DNA of 35,586 bases from Phoronis australis (taxonomy: Eukaryota; Animalia; Phoronida): positions 232,532 to 268,117 of the forward strand of contig NMRA01000575.1 in NCBI GenBank assembly GCA_002633005.1, written 5' to 3'. This document shows positions 24,401-33,400 of the stretch, one piece after another. Numbering within the stretch: the stretch's first letter is position 1; each line of letters begins with the position of its first letter. The notes under the pieces are model-generated. The model saw only the letters and a list, made by a program, of their open reading frames with translations. It was not told the DNA's origin and made no database searches. The position numbers and the translations under genes were made by a program.

Positions 24401-27400
24401 AGTTGACCGCAGCGGAGATCGAAACAAGGAAGACATTCGTTGTAGGAGACCAAAAGACGTACGGTGGATATAAAAATGTGCCACTCATAGCTGGAGATAG
24501 ATACAGATTCCTGATCGGAGTTTTCGTTCAGAACGAATTTGTAAGTATCTGGATGTTAAAATGCTTACATAATCAAGCAATAACTCATAGCAAATTAAAG
24601 GCGTGAAATTGCCTTACTGTTGGTTGTTGGGTTTGATCATTGAACACGATTCCCTTTTGTTTTCTATGTTCTCGTGTACAATCTTTACGCACAGCTCTAT
24701 GTTACAAACATCTTCAAGAGTAAGTGTGCAATCCGAAATCACTCTAGAAGGTGATGCACTTCGGCAGTAATTCCAGTTTTGATGTGAAGTACATGAACGT
24801 GATTCGGTGCACCAAAGCTGGCTAAACCACAGTCCTGTTGTTTTTTAACTGGAAGAACAATACTTCACATGTATTTCAAAAGTCCAATTTTGAGAGATAT
24901 TGGTTTCATTGATGAAAACAGACATTGAATTGTTGTTCTGTCTTGTGGCATTTTTCCTCACGACGTTGTACAAAATGAACTTGGTTCTTTTAGTAAAACT
25001 GATGTTTGCTTTCTTTTGTTTTAGGAGAATAAAACTCATTTTCAAGTTATTGAATTTGAAGGACTGGCATCCAGTGAATTCATCGAAGGTGAGTTTATGA
25101 ACATTATAATAATTTGCTTTTCAGTTCATTAAAGTAACAATGTGGGGTTTCATGATTACTCCTGTGAAATATTCGTAAACATTTGTATTCGCAAAACACT
25201 AGCTTAGTAATCACAGCTTCAACAAGGTTTGTAACCCTCGAGTAAATTTAGAATCAAATGAGTTTAATGGTATTCCCAGCTAAACTGTTAAGGTGATCCT
25301 AAGATTTCAGGCCATTTATCTAAGTACCCGCCACATGGAGTCTGGGCTTAATGGTCATCCCGGTGTAAAAGTACCAGGTCTGCTATGTAACCAGTGGCCA
25401 GTGTGATTGTAGTATTTGATTGGAGCATCGGGACATGTATTATAATAAGGACTGTATAATAACTCGCTCTCTTTTTATGGTTTTCCAGGCTGTCTTGTTC
25501 AGAAAATGTTATATAAAGTCAAATGGTAGTCAACTACGTCACTGGTTTCTAAGCACAAAGATTAGGATGAGAAGGAAATTGTGGTTATTGTAAATAAATT
25601 GAAATTAATGTTTTATTCTCCATCGATGTCAGCAAAGAACTTTAAACAAGAGAGGATGGCAATGATTGGCGGCGCTTGTGGTGGTGTTGCAGCATTCCTG
25701 TTGGTTCTAGCATTGGCAGTTTTCATTGTGCGGAGGTGAGAACGAAAGCTTTCTTACTGAGTCACCTTAAAGGGTGAAATACTTAAGGATATTTCCAACC
25801 TTATTCACAAAAATGGGCCATTTTTACAATATTTCACTTGTGTCTAGCAAAATACCTTTTCTTCATTCTCGGGGAACTTCAAATACGAAATATATACTGA
25901 GTAGCGAGAAAAAAAAAGATTTAGCAGAACCACCTTGGAACCGCACAACCGCGTGGATATTTGTTTACCACTTATCCAATGTCAAAGGTTAAAGGGCTTT
26001 CAAGTAAATTGAGTCTCCCGCCAGGTACAGAACAGCTTCGGTATACCCTCAGTCCTTTCATTCACAAATTCGCCATAACATTGAACCAACGAGGTGTGGT
26101 TATGATAGAATGGTGCCGGGGAAAACAAAGACAAAACGTAGTTTTGATCCTAAGGGAGTTGTGCGTCTACATGCATACGACCGTTGACGTTGAAAACGAA
26201 TGCTACGAGTTGCCTCAGGCCTCAGTCTGGTCATGAACACAGAAAGTTGTGAAAAGAGATAAATCCTCCCCCTTATTCCTTAATTCAATTATTAAGTTAA
26301 CATTTCGATGTTTCGATTTCATGTTAACGACTTACTTTAACCACCAATTCAATTTTTGTTATCCATTTCTTACTTGGTTTGGTATCAGTCTCCCAGCACG
26401 TGACGTGTACAGGCTATGAACTGTGACCTACTTAGAAAGTAGGTCGTACAAAATGGCAGAAGTTGGCTGCGAAAGATAGGTCTATTTGAGGTTTTAATGA
26501 TATTTAAGTTAGTTACGCACTGCAAAATTAGTTAACATTGCAAGAAAACATTGAAATTGGTGACATAGTTAAGGATTCTATAGGTTATGTATACCGAAAA
26601 CAAGTTTTCACAGAATAATTAACCAAAGACTTAGAGATTTTCACGTGTCCCAGTTTAATCGGCTTTTTCTCGGCTTCGGCAAATCGACTTTATTTGAACT
26701 TAGGAACACGAGTTCTCGAAAATGGCTCGATGGATTTCGCTGAAACTTTCCAGACTTAATATTTAGTCACCAATCTCAAAAACGCTGTTAGGATTTTTGA
26801 TATAAAAGCTTAGTTTTTGTGTAATGTGGCAAAAACGAATACGACTTCAATTTTTTACAAAAATACCTTACGTTTTGCGAGTTTATTTGTCATAGAAACC
26901 AAACAAACAAACTAATCGAAAATTCCTAACAGCGTTTTTGAGGTAATTGATGAAGTTTTCATTTAAAAAAGGTTTCGTTAAAATCGACCGAGGGGTTATT
27001 TTGCTATGAATGTACCTTTCTTAAAAATGGAATTTTTACTTAAAAAAGGTTTTTACGTAAAAATAATAATGACAAATAAATACAAAAAGTATATTTATAT
27101 TTCCTGATCTTTGCTCTTTCAGAAAATATATACTTTTACTAGTTGACAAAGCTTAGTTTTTTTGATATACGAACAGAGGCCACTAAATAAGGTTTGAAAT
27201 AACCTTAACTGGTATAGATTTTACAAAAAAAAACACGTAAATGGCGTAGGATAGTCAGATTGTACATGTAAGTGCAACTATGAAAACAGACTGACAACGT
27301 GGTCAGAAGTTTTTTTGATTTTTAAACATAAAGGCGGTTTGCCAAAACGGCATTATCGACTGAAAATTTATTATTATCTAAGAGTGGCCGACCAAAACCT

Positions 27401-30400
27401 GGAGCAAACACTGAAGTATCAGTTACATCACCAACACTTCATGTCAAACAATGTCTTTTTGTTTAAATGAGTGAACAGGCGTTTCGTGTCAGATTTTTTG
27501 TGATATTACCGTGGCTAGGCACAATATAATTAGGCCTATGTGGATGAAATTCATTCCCACTTTTCTCTTGATCATTGTTAGGCGACGACAGCAGGATGCA
27601 AAAAAGGGCACCTCCTCAGATCTGCACTTGGACAACATCGAAACAGACGGTAAGTGTCAGTTGTCCAAATTTCTTGTCTTATTGTGGTTTAGTGTAATTA
27701 TCGTATCACACGTATTACAGCTAAGCCTGTTCACAACATTGTAGATGGAGTCTCCTCTCGTTATTGCGTAATGAGACTATGATAGAGTCTTGTGAAAGTT
27801 GGATGTTCGGGCTTCTCCGTTGGTGACTTAAGCTAGCTCACTTATTGGGTAGAAACCCAAAACAGGTCCACAAACCCGCGCGCCAACTACATCTTTGTAT
27901 CAGACTTAGCTCAAGCCTATCGCAACCTTGTGTCTGCACTCATTAGATTGGACTGCTGCCAAGCAACCTCCACTAGATTTTAAGAGGAAGAAGACTGTGC
28001 TTAGGAGCGCTAATACTCTCTTGTGCTGTCATCAGCTGAGAGTTTTCACAGGGGTAGGGTCTAAACGGACATCCGTTTCAGTTTGGCGTTGTCTTAGACT
28101 GATTGTCAACCAAGGCTTACGAGCTTGTTTTCCCCGAAGCTTTGTCAAGGTCTTAGCCATAAGTGTTCCAGGGTTAATGATAGGTTCTTTAACTACATAT
28201 AGTTGTACACGTTTGAATGATATAAAATCTCCGTGCGGGGAGACACGTTGTGTTCATATTAATTGCAGCCATGCTTCTGATTAAGATAATAATCACAGTT
28301 CTGGAGGTGGTAGCGGCAGTGGTAATTGTCCTATGACTGAAAATTATTATTATAGAAAATATTTGTTAATAGAGTTTGGCATTGCATTTGGCAATTCCTC
28401 TATTGGTGATAATTCAAAACAGAATCTACCAATGGCTTCGAAAATGCGTACGTGAATGCCGGACCGATGAATGGAAGTCCACAACCGTCCAACCCACTTC
28501 TGTCGGACCCAGTTTACGAAGACTTCAATAAATCAATCAAAGTGGAAGATTTGGTGTGGTACGTCGGAAATGCCTTTAATAACGACATAGTTGTTAAAGA
28601 GTACGAGGTACGTAACTTTGGCATAAAAATTTCGACATATCGCTCACTTTCGTTGTATAAGGCTTTGTCAGAACATGAGAGCGCTCATTCTACACTTTTC
28701 GTACACGCGACTTACAGTGTATAGTTGACAATCCGAGTCAAGTTTACTTTAATGAAGTTTTTCCTGATAATGTACAGCAATACGTGCTCCTAAAATACGA
28801 TAAGCCACAACTTAACGTACTGTATATGTTTATTCAAGACGACTGTGTAAAGTATCGTTCAATTACTGATGTTAAGCTTTGATTTTTTTTCTTTGTCCCA
28901 AGCACTATACATTTGTTAGGCACGGAATACATGAAAAATCTTGCTTGTGCGCAACTTCTGTGCTTCTGTATTTTTCAGAGCCTTCCCGCTGATCACATTT
29001 TCCCCCATACCGAGGGAAGTAAAGAGGAAAATAAAAAGAAAAACCGGTTCAAGAACATCTTAGCATGTAAATATTTCATTCAAAGGTGGCTTTGCAACTG
29101 TTTACCTATCAGCGTTTAGCTTTGGTATTAACAAGCTTCGCTTAAATTTTTACCAAATGAATCGGCAACTGTAGTTACAAGAACTGCGCACATGTACATG
29201 TGCTTTCTTCTAATTTGTAATTTAAGGTTTTCCAACCACACACACACTAAAGCGTTTATGGAATAGTTGATGTTGTTTGCAATCGACTTGCATTACTGTA
29301 AATAATAATGCAAAGCAGGGTTTATCAACTTACAAATGGCCGAATTCATGTTTCATTTTTGGCAGCTAAAATGAAAAAGGCAAGTTAAAAACTGCTTTCA
29401 ATAATGGAAATGAAAATGTTTGTAACGACCAATGAACAGGAGAATGATATTTCCGGGGGTTGTTCTTTTTTCATGTTCTCGAAGTTTACTTTACATTTTA
29501 CTTAACCAGTAGTCGATATCTCGCGTGACTTCTGACCTTGTCGTCTAACTTTACATCAGATCTCTATCGTTTGCTGTTATTGAGTTGTGTGGTATTGACA
29601 GTGAGTCTTGCATTTATTATACAAATTATTACATCCTCCAACATCATCTTCTAGATGACAAAAATCGCATCGTCCTTGAACTTCTGCCTCACGACATTAA
29701 TTCTGGCTATGTTAACGCCAGCTACATTGATGCTTACAACAGTCCTAAGGCATTCATTGCCGCTATGGGTAAGTAATGGAGGCGCATGTTGCAATAGACT
29801 GTCTTTTGACTGAAATAGTTTTACTTTATTTGCTAGAGGTGGCCCGTTGTGTTAACTCTAGAAACTCACGATTCAATGAAACTTTTCAAATGAGGTACAG
29901 GTACTTCTCTTTAAGTGCTTGGCGACATCTCGCGATGACTTGCGTACGTGTATCTAAAATATCTTTCTCGCAGATTTCTCAGCAGCCTAACCTCGGTACA
30001 TACATTCTTGGTTTATTACTTGGTCACCATGTGGCGTAGGCTCATCGTACGCGTTTTTCCCGGAAACAATTTGAAGTCATTATCAATGCCTGTACCTTGC
30101 ACTCCTTAGGTCCCAACAGAAACACTGTGGATGACTTTTGGCGAATGATATGGCAAGAGCAAATAACAAGGATTGTGATGCTAACCAAGAACGTGGAAGA
30201 TGGGAAGGTATATCACAAAATAGCAGGCTCGTATCTTGGATCTGTCAAGAAGGGGTCTCAGTGGAATGACTTCGGTGCACCATGTCTACATGTAGCTCCA
30301 GTGCAGCCATAAAAGTATCAGCATAACAATAGTTTCTGGATCGTTGCCCCCTTTGGGATTCGTGCATAAACACACATCATTTTAGTGATGTTAAAATAGT

Positions 30401-33400
30401 TTTTGTCTGTTGGATTGAATTGTTGGAAGGCAGACTTTTTCCAAGCATAAGCTCAGGTTTAAAACGTTTACAAGATTACCATGCTGCTCACGAATGTCCA
30501 CTCATAGTGTTATAACTGCATTCTGAGTCTTATCCGAGCTGCTCCTTGGCATTCTTATGAGAAGTGTGTTGTGGTATTCTTATGTAACCTGGTCATTCTT
30601 CGATTCCAGAGGGCCTAACCTACACGAAATTGCAAACCAAGAATTTTGTTTGGCAGAAATGGAATCCACATCAACCCTTTCTGCAAGAAAAAAAACATAC
30701 ACTAAAAACGGAGGGGTGTAAATTACAGTATTATTTTAAGGGTGCGAACAATATGGCCCTCAAAATCAGTGTTTCTGTTTTTCTGGGATATTATTCTTCT
30801 TAAGCAGTTGGGAATAACTTAAAACATGCGCTCTGTTGTAATTTGTTCAGAAACATTACCGTTGTGTCTACTATTTAAGTTTGCCTGTCTTAGGAGTTCC
30901 CTTACGGACTATAGTGATATTTTGTAAATAGGCTTAACCTGCCTATACTTGAACCGGTAAAACGCATCCTGCAGCATCTTGTGACCATTTTATGATACAA
31001 ATAAAAATCCTGTCGTCTGCAAAAACAGTTGATGGAGCATTTCAACGCTTTACACTACCCTTAGACAATTCTGAATCGCACTGAGGCCCAGAGCATAGCT
31101 TTGCTCTCTAGTTTCACCATTGATGTACAATTGGTTGACATTAGACTGTGGGAATTCCACTCACAAAAATATTGTTTTTGGTACATCATATCAGGTTCTG
31201 GTATTCCAGAAATTCTGAGGACAGTGTATAAGTTTGTTGAGCTTGAAAGCATAACGAAACCTGTTTTTTCTTTACTCCTTCACATTCCATTCTGGACCTA
31301 CAATGGGTGTCTAACAGTTTGTCCGCCATCTAAACTGTCAACTTCCAATAACGTTAGAGTTGTGTGGTTGGTTACCATTTCTGTGATATAACCTCGTTTT
31401 GCATTTCATCCAGGACATTCCTGTTGTCAATGGATTCTTGCTAAGGTAGACATATAATTACGCAACGATGCGTTTTAATTTCTACTGATAGTTACAACTT
31501 TTAACATACATGATTCGTCTTTGCATTTAATTCCATCTGCACAGTTCATTTAAAGGCAGCTATGCACCTAATTTAGCCAAAAATTAAAGTTGACTTGGAA
31601 GACTAATTGTCAACCGCTACCTGTGTCTTATATGGTTTCAAATGCAAAATCGTTTAGGACACACGGACAGTGTGGCGGTACTATCCTGGCGTACGTTTTT
31701 GCCTGAATCGAACGCTTGTCGTATTAAACTCGGACATGTACTTTTTAAGCGACAAAAATTGTTTGACTGTTGATAAAGAAATTTTGTGTCGAAGTACATG
31801 TTCAATTAGTCAATTAGTCGTGTATGACAGGACTATTGTATACGGAAATCGTATCTGAGTGTCTTGTCATAGTATTGTAAAGGCGATCTCAATGTTCCCC
31901 ATCTCCGATTAGAAGTAATTACTGGACTTCGCACGACCTGGGACCTCGTTATTCTTCGAGACCACTGCCGGTGTATTTAAATAATCACCGGATCAAGGAA
32001 CCGTCCTAAGCCTGGTACCTAGCATCAGCCAATTACCAATTCCTCTAAAGTTCACCTTTTGTCTCAATAATAAAGAAATTGAAACCGATTTAAAAGGGGT
32101 GTGTCTGAATCAAAAGTTAAGATTTTTTAACAAAAGGCAGATTCATTGCAGCATTGACACGTGTACTTCTAGCGCAAGTGTGAGGTTTACTGGCCAGAAA
32201 GGAAGCTAGCCGAAAAATATGGCGATATTTTAGTGACAGCTGTTGACAAAGAAAAAGGGACCGACTTCACAATAAGAAAGTTCGAAATAACAAAGGTAGG
32301 ACTGAAAAGTATTCAAGGCGGAATGTAGTCTCATTGATCACCGGATAACCTAAATCAGACCTTTACAAAATATAGAGCTTTGTTCTCAATTAAAATTTCA
32401 AATGTTTTAGCAACTTTGAAAATTCTTTTCAGAGTAACTTACGAGGAAAAATGAGGGTGGAATTACCAATGGTAATCAGGCAGACATTATGAATGGTAAT
32501 GTCCTATTCATTTAGATAAACATCCTTTTGCCAGTTAGTCTCAGTTGTAATAGTTTCCAATTGTTCAAAACACCTTTCTGCAATCAAAGACGATATTTCA
32601 CTTTCTATGGAAGGCCAATTGTGAGCAGCAGACGCTTAAGACGACCCAGTACCACTTCACATCCTGGCCTGACCACGGAGTGCCCAGCAGCTCTTCAGCT
32701 CTGTGGAAGTTCTACAAAACCGTCAAAGACCACATCCGGGAAGATAATGACGGCGTACCTACCGTGGTGCACTGCAGGTAAGTCAACATGAATTACAACC
32801 TTCCATAAACATATACACTACAATCGAAACACATTGTATTGTAGTTAACAGTGTCATTACAGTCGAGCTGTAATTACACGCAAACCCGTCTAGATTGTTT
32901 TAACGTACGAGCCCTTTGTTTTTCTAATATTTCCCTTCTAGACAACCTTACTTTTAAAAAGTTGTCCGGTCAACCTTTTTATTCAATCCAATTTGGTTTT
33001 AAATCTACGCTGTGTGCCACAAGGCTAGATTCTTAGGAGATTTGTGAGATGACGCAAGTATTCGCGAAAGGTCGCAATGCATCATAAGCAAGGCACATGG
33101 CAGTTACCTTTAGCTGGCGAGAATCATGCGTTACGGAATAGGCGTGTATTGATGCCCAAGTTACAATATGTGTCGCATACAAAATTATTATGTTGTAAAT
33201 TTCCTGGTCACTGCATTTACTTACTCGTGTAACTGCCATCGTCCCGGTTGGCGGCCCGTGAAGGAAATGACGGTCAACTCTCAAGTTGTGTCTTGTGTCA
33301 ATTCTGCTACTACTGGGCGTGGAAAGGACGAACATTTCCTTATTGCTAAATGTTAGCATGGCAGCTCCGAATAAATATTTGCCCCGTCTCAGCCAATGAT

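Noticed and set aside
25288-25770. TTAAGGTGA...TCACCTTAA inverted 9-mer flanking the TM exon, suggesting transposon capture
   Set aside because: Only 9 bp in AT-rich DNA with no extended TIR; expected by chance.
27740-28290. GC-richer intronic segment that may be a SINE/LINE remnant, including a 118-aa ORF
   Set aside because: No diagnostic A/B boxes, TSD, second copy or protein motif that I can support.
30730-30775. TTTTAAG-GG-TGCGAACAATATGGCCC reads like a decayed duplicate KCEQYWP exon
   Set aside because: Wrong phase, no continuing PTP similarity or donor site, and the real exon is at 32173. It also resembles a Tc1-type terminal motif, so chance is likely.
31549-31860. TTAAAGGCAGCTATGCACC, a possible Kolobok-like left end
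   Set aside because: No matching inverted right end found.
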